Source: Candidatus Liptonbacteria bacterium (GTDB lineage Bacteria; Patescibacteriota; Minisyncoccia; UBA6257; 2-01-FULL-56-20). From it: a stretch of 64,000 nucleotides of DNA. Below the pieces are notes generated by a model. It was not told the origin of the DNA. It made no database searches and saw only the letters and a list, made by a program, of their open reading frames with translations. Below, piece after piece: positions 38,569 through 48,137 of the stretch (position 1 is the first letter of the stretch; every line of letters starts with the position of its first letter). The position numbers and the translations under genes were made by a program. The stretch lies in NCBI GenBank assembly GCA_016182105.1, contig JACOXZ010000011.1:1218-65217 (forward strand), written 5' to 3'.

Positions 38569-39744
38569 ATGAATGGCGTAAAGGCTAAAAAAGTGGTTTT
38601 CGTGGGACTAAGCGGAGGGGTGGATAGCTCGGTCGCAGCCCTGATTTTATCTGGCTACGCCAGATCTCGCGAAGCGAGAAAAGAAAAAGGATACGAAGTA
38701 ATCGGGGTTTTTATGCGCTGTTTCAATTTAGACGGGTGTGCCGAGCGAGATGCCGAGGACGCCAGACGGGTGGCTGGTCACCTTGGGATTCCTTTTTACG
38801 TCTGGGATTTTGAGGAGGAGTATAAGCAACGGGTGGTGGACTACATGGTTCAGGGATACGCCCAAGGGATTACCCCGAATCCGGACGTGATGTGCAATAA
38901 GGAAATCAAGTTTGGGCTCTTTTTAGAGAAGGCGCTTAAGATGGGAGGGACTCACGTGGCCACGGGGCACTATGTTCGGCTGACTGTTTCTCGGGACCGG
39001 CTGTTGACTCGCTCCAGCGGCGAGTCCCAGCCTGCGAGAGCTCCTTCGAAGCAATCAGCCTCACCAGTTTATTCGCTTTCTGTTGCTAAAGATAAAAATA
39101 AGGACCAGTCCTATTTCCTTTGGACTTTGACCCAAAAACAGTTGAAGCATTGCCTTTTTCCGATAGGAAGTTATTTAAAGTCCGAGGTGCGTGAAATTGC
39201 ACGTAAGGCCGGGCTCCCGACGGCTGATAAAAAAGATTCGCAGGGGATTTGTTTTTTAGGGAAAGTGACGCTCGGGGATTTTCTGCGAGAGTATATTCCC
39301 GAGGAGAGGGGGCCGGTTTTAAGCGTGACTGGCGAGCGGCTCGGCGAGCACCAGGGCTCTCATTTTTATACGATCGGCCAGCGCCGCGGGATTGGGATTG
39401 GCGGCGGCACGCCCTACTACGTGGCGGAAAAGGATGTGGCGACAAATACGCTCGTTGTTGCCCCGAGTGAAACTCACGAGTCGCTCTATCGAAAGGAAAT
39501 CGAGCTTACTGATGTAAATTTCATCCGGTCGGATTTACCATCTCTAATTCGCGCGAATAAGGGAATTGAGGTTTTAGCTAGAGTTCGCTACCGCCAGCCG
39601 CTTGCTCTCGCGAAACTCTATAACCTATCACCTAACACCTATCACCTCGAATTTGGCCGGCCTGTCAAATTCGTCACCCCCGGCCAGTCAGCCGTGTTCT
39701 ATCTAAAGGACGGTGAGATGTTTGGCGGGGGGATAATCACATGA
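38569..39744 (+). CDS. mnmA: tRNA 2-thiouridine synthase MnmA with in-frame insertions
   Basis: SGGVDS, TPNPDVMCN, ATGHY, KDQSYFL, DSQGICF, TPGQSAV. Confidence 0.95.
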   Translation: MNGVKAKKVVFVGLSGGVDSSVAALILSGYARSREARKEKGYEVIGVFMRCFNLDGCAERDAEDARRVAGHLGIPFYVWDFEEEYKQRVVDYMVQGYAQGITPNPDVMCNKEIKFGLFLEKALKMGGTHVATGHYVRLTVSRDRLLTRSSGESQPARAPSKQSASPVYSLSVAKDKNKDQSYFLWTLTQKQLKHCLFPIGSYLKSEVREIARKAGLPTADKKDSQGICFLGKVTLGDFLREYIPEERGPVLSVTGERLGEHQGSHFYTIGQRRGIGIGGGTPYYVAEKDVATNTLVVAPSETHESLYRKEIELTDVNFIRSDLPSLIRANKGIEVLARVRYRQPLALAKLYNLSPNTYHLEFGRPVKFVTPGQSAVFYLKDGEMFGGGIIT

Positions 39745-40328
39745 TCATAGTGTTTACAGGTAATGGTAAAGGTAAGACTACCGCGGCTCTGGGACAGGCT
39801 ATGCGGGTTTTGGGGCGCGGTAAGCGGGCGCTAGTGATCCAATTCATTAAGGGTCCGTGGAGAAGCGGCGAGGATGAGTTTGTAACAAAAATCAGAAATC
39901 AAAAAGCAAGAATCAGAGCCAAGGACGCCTCGCTCTTGGACGGCGTCGAAAATATCCACGACTTCGAAATCCGCAAAATGGGCTTAGGTTTTGTGGGGAT
40001 TTTGGGTGACAAATTGCCCCGGGAAGATCATATGAAAGCCGCGGAAAACGCCCTAGAGCATTTTCGAGAAGAGCTTTTTCGAGGCCAGGGCAAAGCCTGG
40101 GATCTGATTGTCTTGGACGAGATTAACGTAGCCACTTCCCTGGGGCTTCTTAAAAAAGAAAATGTTTTGTCTATTTTGAAGCTCGTTCCTCAAGACAAAA
40201 TTGTGATTTTAACCGGCCGCGCTGCGCCCCAAGAATTTCTTGATCACGCTCATCTTGTGACTGAAATGAAAGAAGTGAAGCATCCTTTTAATGACGGCAA
40301 GCTCGCGAAGATCTTTTCAGAATTTTAG
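39741..40328 (+). CDS. Cob(I)yrinic acid diamide adenosyltransferase (CobO/BtuR family)
   Basis: TGNGKGKTTAALG, QFIKG, LDEI, LTGR, VTEMKEVKHP. Confidence 0.88.
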   Translation: MIIVFTGNGKGKTTAALGQAMRVLGRGKRALVIQFIKGPWRSGEDEFVTKIRNQKARIRAKDASLLDGVENIHDFEIRKMGLGFVGILGDKLPREDHMKAAENALEHFREELFRGQGKAWDLIVLDEINVATSLGLLKKENVLSILKLVPQDKIVILTGRAAPQEFLDHAHLVTEMKEVKHPFNDGKLAKIFSEF

Positions 40329-40363
40329 AACCAACCCTGCCGCCAAAAACTGAGCAAAATTTC

Positions 40364-40401
40364 TACTATGATTATACCGCAATTGCGGTATAATCGTAGT
40401 A
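40364..40401. promoter_or_regulatory. 38 bp palindrome carrying outward-facing TATAAT boxes
   Basis: TACTATGATTATACCGCAATTGCGGTATAATCGTAGTA; second copy at 62914. Confidence 0.65.
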
Positions 40402-40448
40402 AGAAGGGCGGTTAGACAAATTGAAGAGGGTCTTATACACTTTTACCT

Positions 40449-41264
40449 ATGTCCGAAGAGTCAATTATAGCGAAAACTAAAGAACTTTTTCCGGATGAGG
40501 CCTTCCGTGAGATGGTCGAAGCCGGAGTTTTTTATGGCCGAAAAAAGAGTCGGGTGAATCCCAAGATGTGGCCATACATTTTAACCAACCGCGGAGGCAT
40601 TGAGATCATCAATTTAACGAAGACTGTTCAAGACTTGGACCGAGCTATGACTTTCCTTCGCGAAAAAGCCAAAGAGAACGCCATGATACTTCTCGTTGCC
40701 ACCCAGCCGCATGCCGAGGAAATTAAAAATTTAGCCATTGAATTCAACTTTCCATATGTTGTGAAGCGTTGGATCGGAGGCACCCTCACTAATTTTAAAA
40801 TTATCTCCCTACAAGTCGAGCACTTTAAGAGACTTAAAAGCGATCTCGCCTCAGGCGCTTTTCAAGAATACACTAAAAAAGAGAGAGCCCGCGTTGAGGC
40901 CGAAATAAAGAAGCTTGAGGAACTAATTGGCGGACTTGAGAACATGAGCCGGCGGCCGGATCTTGTTTTAATAGTTGACTTTTACCCTCACAAAACAGCC
41001 GTAAGAGAGGCAAGACGGCTTCGGATCCCGATCGTGGCTTTCTCGAATATTGACAGCGACCCAGATCAAGTTGATTACCTTGTACCAGGGAACACAAACT
41101 CTAGGAAAAGCGTCAATTGGTTTCTAGGAAAAGTGAGAGAGGCCCTCAAGGAAGGCGAGCAGGCGAGACTCACAAGCGCGCCCTCAGCAGCAGATATTGA
41201 CCCGACTCTTCACGAAACTAAAGAAGACGAGAAGAATATTTTGGAATTCGCTAAAGATGGATAA
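40449..41264 (+). CDS. rpsB: 30S ribosomal protein S2
   Basis: EAGVFYG, NPKM, RWIGGTLTNF, AVREAR, PGN. Confidence 0.92.
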   Translation: MSEESIIAKTKELFPDEAFREMVEAGVFYGRKKSRVNPKMWPYILTNRGGIEIINLTKTVQDLDRAMTFLREKAKENAMILLVATQPHAEEIKNLAIEFNFPYVVKRWIGGTLTNFKIISLQVEHFKRLKSDLASGAFQEYTKKERARVEAEIKKLEELIGGLENMSRRPDLVLIVDFYPHKTAVREARRLRIPIVAFSNIDSDPDQVDYLVPGNTNSRKSVNWFLGKVREALKEGEQARLTSAPSAADIDPTLHETKEDEKNILEFAKDG

Positions 41265-41703
41265 GTTAGGCGATATCCAGAGGCTGCGGGAGGCAACCGG
41301 AGCTGGAGTCATGGAGTGCAAAAAAGCCATAGAAGATGCGGAAGGTGATTTTGACCGAGCAGTAAGTTTGATTCACAAAAGGGGGCTTCTTAAGGTTCAA
41401 AAGCGCAAGGCACGGGAAACCGGAGCCGGACTTATTGAATCCTACGTTCATAATGATAGGATTGGCGTTCTCTTGGATTTGCGGGCTGAGACTGATTTTG
41501 TTGTCCGTTCCGAGCCTTTTCGCCGGCTCTCCCACGAGCTTGCCATGCAGATTGCGGCTCTCGCGCCTCAAAATCTTGAGGAATTATTGAAACAGCCGTA
41601 TATTAAAGATGAATCTAGGACTGTCGAGGATTTAATAAAAGAAGTGATTGCCCTGGTTGGCGAAAACATCCGAGTTAATAAGTTCTATCGTTTAGAACTC
41701 TAA
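41257..41703 (+). CDS. tsf: Elongation factor Ts (short form)
   Basis: LREATGAGVMECKKA, ETDFV, GENI. Confidence 0.92.
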   Translation: MDKLGDIQRLREATGAGVMECKKAIEDAEGDFDRAVSLIHKRGLLKVQKRKARETGAGLIESYVHNDRIGVLLDLRAETDFVVRSEPFRRLSHELAMQIAALAPQNLEELLKQPYIKDESRTVEDLIKEVIALVGENIRVNKFYRLEL

Positions 41704-41735
41704 AACCTAAAACCTATCACCTAAAACCTAGTAAC

Positions 41736-42062
41736 ATGCTTCAATTCATTTTAACCAACATCTTAATGATTTCTTTGGGAACGATCCTTTATCTTGTGGC
41801 GAGAACCTTGCCAAGGATTGACGGCGAGCCCTCGGGAAAGGAGAATATTCTGGATCGCTTGGCTAATTCCGAGATACCGGAAAAGGTAGACGTGGTCCTC
41901 AATAGTTTTTTGGCAAAGTTCTTGAGACGGCTCAAAATTTTCCTTATGAAAATTGACAATTTTGTGAGCGAAAGGCTGAAGAAAATTTCGGTTAATGGCG
42001 GTAGTTCCAAGACTAAAATTGACTTTAAGGGCATAAACGAAGAAAATAAGACTGAAGAATAA
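41736..42062 (+). CDS. Hypothetical membrane-anchored protein
   Basis: N-terminal TM, 108 aa. Confidence 0.65.
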   Translation: MLQFILTNILMISLGTILYLVARTLPRIDGEPSGKENILDRLANSEIPEKVDVVLNSFLAKFLRRLKIFLMKIDNFVSERLKKISVNGGSSKTKIDFKGINEENKTEE

Positions 42063-42065
42063 AGC

Positions 42066-42153
42066 GCGCAGGTAGTCCCGTAGGGGGCGGGAGTGGTCTG
42101 TAAAACCATTGCCCATCTGGGCCCCGTGAGTTCGACTCTCACCCTGCGCACCA
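42066..42153 (+). tRNA. tRNA-Tyr(GTA)
   Basis: GCGCAGG/CCTGCGC acceptor, GTGGT-CT-GTA-AA-ACCAT, long variable arm, GTTCGAC, encoded CCA. Confidence 0.93.
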
Positions 42154-42393
42154 CGTTGGAAAAGTCAATGCCTCGCGGCGCGGAACGCGCCGCTCGGCGA
42201 CCAAATCGTAAGGATTTTTCGGGGCAAAAAGAAATTCCCGATTCCATTAAAAGCAGAAAAGAAAAATTTTTCAAACACTCCCAAGAGGTGGCAAGCCGCC
42301 TCTTGACTTTTGTGACGTAATATGCTATCTTTAGGTGAAATCTGGGCATAGTGCTTAAATGGAATCAAATCGTACCTTGAAAGGAGAAAGACG

Positions 42394-42558
42394 ATGTACA
42401 ATATCACACGGCCGTTGTTCGGAGGAATGGCCATTCCCGCCCCTTTCTTTGCCATGAATGCGGACAGTTCAGAGAAGGCGTTGGCATGGGTCGGGTATGG
42501 CATCATCTTCGCCCTGCTCTCTCTCGTGTCGGCTGTCGCCGCTCGCGACGAGAAGTAA
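42394..42558 (+). CDS. 54 aa small membrane protein (below the ORF-track cutoff)
   Basis: AAGGAG RBS, ATG..TAA open frame MYNITRPLFGG...WVGYGIIFALLSLVSAVAARDEK, followed by a terminator. Confidence 0.6.
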   Translation: MYNITRPLFGGMAIPAPFFAMNADSSEKALAWVGYGIIFALLSLVSAVAARDEK

Positions 42559-42579
42559 GCAGACCTTTCTTCGTGCCAT

Positions 42580-42617
42580 AACGGGGATTCGCGCAACGCG
42601 GTCCCCGTTTCTTTTTT
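42580..42617 (+). terminator. Intrinsic terminator
   Basis: AACGGGGATTCGCG-CAA-CGCGGTCCCCGTT plus T tract. Confidence 0.75.
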
Positions 42618-42974
42618 AATTTTTGATTTAAAAGTTTTCATAAAAGAATTTGCCGCCAAAGAAAAACTTGAAATTGTCAGCGGTGCGGCTCCCCGATACC
42701 ATCCGCCTTCGGCGGAGCTACGGGGCAGGCCGCCGCATTTTCGGATTTTCGCGGGGGGCTTTCCTCGCTCCGACGTTACGTCGGAGCGAAATGCGCTGTG
42801 CCCCGTAGTAAGCTTTGCTTTACTACTGGGGTTCGGATTACTTTAAGAATACTGTATAAGTAGCAAAAGCACTGCCGTAACTGAAGCGGTTTGTAACAAA
42901 ACATACTATTCTATCGTATATTTAAATAAATCTTTCAAAGGTCGTTAAATCCAACCAGACATAACACGAGAGAT

Positions 42975-44459
42975 ATGAAAAAAGTATTGTTAAGTGTAGT
43001 GCTTGCTGGTTTTCTTGGACTATCCATCTTCCCCTTTGGAGTCTTGGCACAGACCAGCCAAAATACCCAGGCGCTCCTTGACCAAATCCAAGCGCTCCTG
43101 AAGAGGGTTCAGGACCTGCAGAATCAGATAAACCAGCTCCAAGTACAGAAGCTGGAGGCCGCGACACAGGTCTCAAACCTCGTTAAATCGCTGAAGCAGG
43201 GTGATTCAGGAGAAAACGTGAAGACCCTTCAAGCCCTTCTTGCGGCTGATTCGGATATCTATCCAGAGGGCCTGATGTCGGGCTACTACGGGAGACTTAC
43301 TGCCGCTGCCGTGAAACGCTTCCAGACGAAGCACAGCATTGAGGCTGTGGGCGTGGTTGGGCCGAAGACGCTAAAGAAGTTGAATGAGGTCCTCCAGAAA
43401 AATCCGGTTGCTATCGAGGTTTCGAGTTCAACTGGGGAAAGACGGCCCTGCGCGATTGTGCCACCCGGGCATTTGATCGCCCCTGGATGGCTCAAAAAGA
43501 ATGCGCCGCCGGTCGTGCCTCCCTGCCAAGTGCTCCCGCCGGGCATATTGACGAAGCTCGGTCAGGCGACCACGACTCCCGACACAACGGCGCCCGTGAT
43601 TTCCGGCATTGCTACGCAAAATGTGACAGTGAATACTGCGACAGTCGCCTGGGCGACCAATGAGCTTGCGACGAGCAAGGTCTATTACGGGACTTCCACT
43701 CCGCTCAGCCTCGGCACGGCGAGCATGGTTACGGACAACACCCTCATTACTAGCCACGCGATTGGCTTGAGCGGTCTTGCCGCGACCACCACTTATTACT
43801 ACGTAGTCGAATCCAAAGATGCGGCCGGAAACACAGCCACCTCCACGGAACGGTCTTTTACCACTACGGCGCAGGCTGACGTAACAGCGCCGAGCATCAC
43901 ATCCTATTCAGTTGTTCCGGCGACCTCGTCAGCTATCATTTCCTGGGTGACGAATGAAACGGCTGATTCGCAGGTTTTCTACGACACCTCGACTAGCTAC
44001 GGCCTCGCGACGCCGCTTGAAACCCCGCTCTTGACAAGTCATTCCCAAACACTAACGGGACTTACGGCTAGCACTACCTATTACTTCCAGATTCGTTCTA
44101 GGGACGCGGCTTTGAATCTCGGGACAGCGACCGGGCAGTTCACGACCCTAGCTCTTCCTGATACAACCGCGCCGGTAATCTCGGCGGTTACCGCGACCGG
44201 CGTCAATAGCTCTTCGGCCACTATCGTTTGGACGACTGACGAACCTTCAACAAGTAAGGTATTTTACGGAACGGTTTTCCCAATAGACACCGCTACAGCC
44301 GCCTTTGTTAGCTCTGCCGCGCTAGTCACAAGCCACTCGATTCCGCTTACGGGTTTGAATGCGAGCACGACTTACTACTATACCGTTCAGTCAGCGGACG
44401 CAAACGCCAATACCGCCACTTCCGCGACTTCGAGCCAGCAGTTCACGACCGGTTTGTAG
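42975..44459 (+). CDS. Secreted protein with peptidoglycan-binding domain and three FN3-like repeats
   Basis: Signal peptide, LKQGDSGENVKTLQ...GYYGRLTAAAVKRFQ, 3x DTTAP..W.T.E..S.V.Y..SH..L.GL..TTYYY. Confidence 0.82.
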   Translation: MKKVLLSVVLAGFLGLSIFPFGVLAQTSQNTQALLDQIQALLKRVQDLQNQINQLQVQKLEAATQVSNLVKSLKQGDSGENVKTLQALLAADSDIYPEGLMSGYYGRLTAAAVKRFQTKHSIEAVGVVGPKTLKKLNEVLQKNPVAIEVSSSTGERRPCAIVPPGHLIAPGWLKKNAPPVVPPCQVLPPGILTKLGQATTTPDTTAPVISGIATQNVTVNTATVAWATNELATSKVYYGTSTPLSLGTASMVTDNTLITSHAIGLSGLAATTTYYYVVESKDAAGNTATSTERSFTTTAQADVTAPSITSYSVVPATSSAIISWVTNETADSQVFYDTSTSYGLATPLETPLLTSHSQTLTGLTASTTYYFQIRSRDAALNLGTATGQFTTLALPDTTAPVISAVTATGVNSSSATIVWTTDEPSTSKVFYGTVFPIDTATAAFVSSAALVTSHSIPLTGLNASTTYYYTVQSADANANTATSATSSQQFTTGL

Positions 44460-44477
44460 AAGAACGAACTTTCTAAG

Positions 44478-44507
44478 CGAGAACCCCCGAAAGTTCGGGG
44501 GTTTTCG
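44478..44507 (+). terminator. Intrinsic terminator
   Basis: CGAGAACCCCCGAA-AG-TTCGGGGGTTTTCG. Confidence 0.7.
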
Positions 44508-44537
44508 TTATGACTTATATGGGATATGATGTTTTAG

Positions 44538-45038
44538 ATGCTCGAATACGTAAGCGATGCTGTTGTTTTGGATCGGGAGGAAAACGGCGACCTGGATGTC
44601 GTTCTACTCATCTTTACTAAAAAATTCGGGAAGCTCCGCGCCAAAGTGAAGAGTGTTAGGAAAATCACCTCCAAGCTTGCTTCACACCTTGAACCAGGGA
44701 ATTTGAGCCAGGTGCGGCTGGTCGAGAAAAATGGTTTTCAAATTACTGACGCTTGAAAGCAAACCCGTCTTGAAGTTACCTTGCCGGACCTCTATTTCTT
44801 AAACCAGCTCATCCCTGAAGCCGAACCGGATTTTCTTCTTTGGGAAGCTTTAGTGGGAAAGAAATTCGACTGGCAGGCGATTTTAAGGATCTTAGGTTGG
44901 GATCCGAGTCTCGGGCGCTGCGAAGTTTGCGTGAGGGGTGCCCCTGAGTTTTTTCATCTTAAAAAGCTGGATTTTGTCTGTGAGCGCTGTAGCGCTTCTT
45001 CCCGAATACCGAAAAGTGAGGTAGTATACTTAAGATAA
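44538..45038 (+). pseudogene. recO: RecO-like protein interrupted by an in-frame TGA at 44754
   Basis: DAVVLDREENGDLD..FTKKFGKL..SKLASHLEP OB fold; the second ORF with CxxC..CxxC is in the same frame. Confidence 0.75.
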
Positions 45039-46757
45039 ATGAGAGGAGCGTCGCTTGTCGGGATTATTTTTTTAGTGGTGCTGATTATAGCTGGGGGCGT
45101 TTATTTTCTCTTGCGAGGCGGGGGCAGTCCCAATGTAAGTTTAGAATTCTCGAAACCTGACCAGGTGCTCTTAGGCCAGCCGTTTAGCGTCACTGTTTCC
45201 TTCTCAAACTATTCGGAAAGCGTCCTCAAGAATACGAAGTTGTCGTTAGCATTGCCGGAAGGCGTTTCCTTCCTAGGGCAGTCGCCGGACCAGAAAGTCA
45301 TGGAACAAACAGTGGGCGACCTGGGCGTTGGGAGTTTAAGTCAGCAGACCTTTAGTTTGATTGTCACATCCGGCAGCCAGAGTTTAAAGCGGCTTATGGC
45401 CAAACTAATCTATGCGACCGAAGAAAATCTTAAAGTCCAGTTTGTGAGCATTGCCAATGCCGATATTCCAGTTGGTCAGCCGGCGATCAGCTTGAATTTA
45501 GGAACGCCAGCGAACGTCTTTAGCGGAGAGAGTTTCGCGGTTAAGGTGAGCTATCAAAACAACACCAACGAAGATTTCAAAAATCTCGGCCTCAAAATCG
45601 ACTACCCGTCCATCTTTCGATATCAGAAAAGCACCTTGGACCCCACCTCCGGCAATAATTTTTGGCGGCTGGGGGCCCTCACCCGCGGCTCGGACGGCTC
45701 ATTTACTATTACAGGGAGCGTCGTAGGCCCAGAGCAGTCTTTTTTTAATGTGGACGCCACCCTCACAGCTGATTTTCTAGGTCAAAACTACACTTTAGGC
45801 ACCCAGACGGCGAGCGTGGCGATCTCTGTTGCTCCGCTTTCTTTGTCAATTAGCGTGAACGAAAGCATGGATTACATCGCGAAGGTCGGCGACACCCTGC
45901 GTTATGTTTTGAGGTACAGAAATAATTCCGACACCGCTCTTCAAAATGTGGTAATCCAAACTAAGCTAACCGGCGAGCTTCTTGACTTCCAAACCGCAAG
46001 GAGCGAGGCATCTTTGAATTCACTGACCAATACTTTTTCCTGGGGAGCGGCGAACACCCCCGAGCTTTTGAGTTTAGCGCCGGGTCAGGAAGGAACGGTG
46101 AATTTGGAGATTAGACTCCTTCACGCTTTTCCCATCCGACGCTTGAGCGACAAAAACTATACTTTGAAGGCCCAAGCCGAGATTCAGTCGCCAACTGTTC
46201 CCCAAAACACCACAGCCGAAAAAACTCTTTCAGTCACGAGTCTCGAGACCAAAGTGGCGGGTCAAATAGCGATTGATTCACGGGCTTTTTTCCGAGACGC
46301 GGCTTCCGGATTTTTGAACTCGGGTCCATATCCCCCCAAAGTGAACGTAGCGACACAGTACACAATTCACTGGCTAATAACTAATTACTCTACGGATGTC
46401 GTGAATATCCAGGTTTCGGCATACCTTCAGTCCGGGAGCCGCTTCACCGGAAAATTTAAATCCAATCTTGAGGGCCAGCCGCCGGTCTTCGATCAGAATA
46501 GCGGCCGGGTTTTGTGGCAGGTCCGAAGCATTCCAGCGACCAAAGGAATCGTTGGGGAACCGGCCGAGGCCATCTTTCAAATCGAGACAACTCCTGCAGT
46601 AAATCAGGTTGGCCAGGAACTCCCGCTACTTAGCGAAACTAGGATTCAAGCCTTGGACAGCTTCACTAATTTAACTTTAGAGTCGTCGGATGGCGCTTTA
46701 AACACTTCTTTGCCTGATGACCCTACTATTCAAGGCGACCGTCGAGTTCAGCCCTAA
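45039..46757 (+). CDS. Membrane-anchored beta-sandwich repeat protein
   Basis: N-terminal TM, repeated Ig-like units, GPYPPKV..TQYTIHW. Confidence 0.7.
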   Translation: MRGASLVGIIFLVVLIIAGGVYFLLRGGGSPNVSLEFSKPDQVLLGQPFSVTVSFSNYSESVLKNTKLSLALPEGVSFLGQSPDQKVMEQTVGDLGVGSLSQQTFSLIVTSGSQSLKRLMAKLIYATEENLKVQFVSIANADIPVGQPAISLNLGTPANVFSGESFAVKVSYQNNTNEDFKNLGLKIDYPSIFRYQKSTLDPTSGNNFWRLGALTRGSDGSFTITGSVVGPEQSFFNVDATLTADFLGQNYTLGTQTASVAISVAPLSLSISVNESMDYIAKVGDTLRYVLRYRNNSDTALQNVVIQTKLTGELLDFQTARSEASLNSLTNTFSWGAANTPELLSLAPGQEGTVNLEIRLLHAFPIRRLSDKNYTLKAQAEIQSPTVPQNTTAEKTLSVTSLETKVAGQIAIDSRAFFRDAASGFLNSGPYPPKVNVATQYTIHWLITNYSTDVVNIQVSAYLQSGSRFTGKFKSNLEGQPPVFDQNSGRVLWQVRSIPATKGIVGEPAEAIFQIETTPAVNQVGQELPLLSETRIQALDSFTNLTLESSDGALNTSLPDDPTIQGDRRVQP

Positions 46758-46767
46758 TCAGGTTTTA

Positions 46768-46786
46768 CCTGCCTGCCGCAGGCAGG
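46768..46786. repeat. CCTGCCTGCC-GCAGGCAGG palindrome
   Basis: Same family as the in-frame insert at 62111-62131. Confidence 0.65.
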
Positions 46787-46814
46787 GGTGTCAGATTATA
46801 GGTTTTAGAAAAAT

Positions 46815-48137
46815 ATGATGGAAAATATGATGGAAAAAATTGTGAGTTTAGCCAAGCGCCGAGGTTTTATTTTTCCCGGCTCCGAGATCTACGGCGGGCT
46901 CGCCAATTCTTGGGATTACGGCCCTTTGGGCGTGGAACTCAAAAATAACGTTAAAAAACTCTGGTGGGAAAGGTTTGTCCATCGTAGGGACGATATTTTG
47001 GGAATTGATTCCTCTATTATAATGAACCCCAAAGTTTGGGAGGCGAGCGGACACCTTAAGGAGTTTAAGGATAAACTTGCCGAGTGCAAGAATTGCAAAA
47101 AGAGGTTTAAAGCAAGCGACACCCGTAACGATACCTGCCCAGCCTGTGGCCATAAGAGCGGGTTTAATATGGAGGTCAAGGATTTCAATTTGATGTTCCA
47201 GACCCATTTGGGGCCGGTGCTCGACAAGAAAGCCCTTGTCTATCTGCGGCCGGAGACAGCCCAAGCTATGTTCGTCGATTTCAAAGCCATCTTGGACTCT
47301 GCGAGCGTGAAGATTCCTTTTGGCATTGCGCAGGTTGGCAAGGCTTTTCGGAATGAAATTACGCCGGGGAACTTCATTTTCCGCACTCGCGAATTTGAAC
47401 AAATGGAGATTGAATATTTCATACGAGAAAAAGAGTGGCAGAAATATTTTGATTACTGGCAGGAGGAGATTTTGAAATGGATTGAGTCCGTCGGGATAAA
47501 CAAAAAAAGAGTCCACCTTGTCGAGGTCAAGGAAAGAGAAAGAGCCCACTATTCCAAGCGCTCTGTAGATTTCGAATACGAGTTTCCTTTTGGTCAGGCC
47601 GAGCTTTACGGTTTGGCTTACCGAGGCGATTTTGACCTCAAGAATCACGAAAAGTATTCAGGCACAAGTCTCAAGTATAGAGATCCGGACACAGGGGAGG
47701 AATTTTTGCCGCACGTGATTGAACCAACTTGGGGAGTTGACCGATCGGTCTTAGCCATTCTTCTCGATTCTTACGAGGAAGAAAGTAAAGGCAAAGAAAA
47801 GAGAACTGTTCTTCGTCTTTTGCCGCAGCTCGCGCCTTACAAGGCCGCAGTTTTTCCGCTTCTGGCGAACAAAGACAAGCTTATAAAATTAGCGAGAAAA
47901 GTTTATGAGGATCTGAGAGGAAATTTTTTTGTCGCCTGGGACGATAGGGGCAATATAGGCAAACGTTACTTTGCCCAAGACGAGATCGGCACGCCATTCT
48001 GCCTTACGGTTGATTTTGAGAGTCTGGAAAATGACGAGGTGACTGTCCGAGATCGCGACTCTATGGGGCAGGAAAGAATTAAAATAGAGAAGCTAGAAAG
48101 TTTTCTGCATGACAAAGTTTATAGTAAAGGGCGGTAA
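46815..48137 (+). CDS. glyQS: Glycine--tRNA ligase, alpha2 type
   Basis: LAKRRGF, DYGPLG, LRPETAQ, FRNEITP, REFEQMEIE, PHVIEP. Confidence 0.95.
   Translation: MMENMMEKIVSLAKRRGFIFPGSEIYGGLANSWDYGPLGVELKNNVKKLWWERFVHRRDDILGIDSSIIMNPKVWEASGHLKEFKDKLAECKNCKKRFKASDTRNDTCPACGHKSGFNMEVKDFNLMFQTHLGPVLDKKALVYLRPETAQAMFVDFKAILDSASVKIPFGIAQVGKAFRNEITPGNFIFRTREFEQMEIEYFIREKEWQKYFDYWQEEILKWIESVGINKKRVHLVEVKERERAHYSKRSVDFEYEFPFGQAELYGLAYRGDFDLKNHEKYSGTSLKYRDPDTGEEFLPHVIEPTWGVDRSVLAILLDSYEEESKGKEKRTVLRLLPQLAPYKAAVFPLLANKDKLIKLARKVYEDLRGNFFVAWDDRGNIGKRYFAQDEIGTPFCLTVDFESLENDEVTVRDRDSMGQERIKIEKLESFLHDKVYSKGR

Noticed and set aside
41789-42659. ORFs 41789-42349, 42093-42320 and 42165-42659
   Set aside because: They overlap tRNA-Tyr or hairpin DNA; the 54 aa plus-strand ORF has better signals.
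44538-45038. TGA recoding (genetic code 25)
   Set aside because: Many conserved genes here end at TGA (rplU, rpsP, scpA, murA) and no other internal TGA was needed.
46811-46838. 12 bp tandem duplication at the glyQS start (AAAATATGATGG x2)
   Set aside because: Simple local duplication that only makes the start codon ambiguous.
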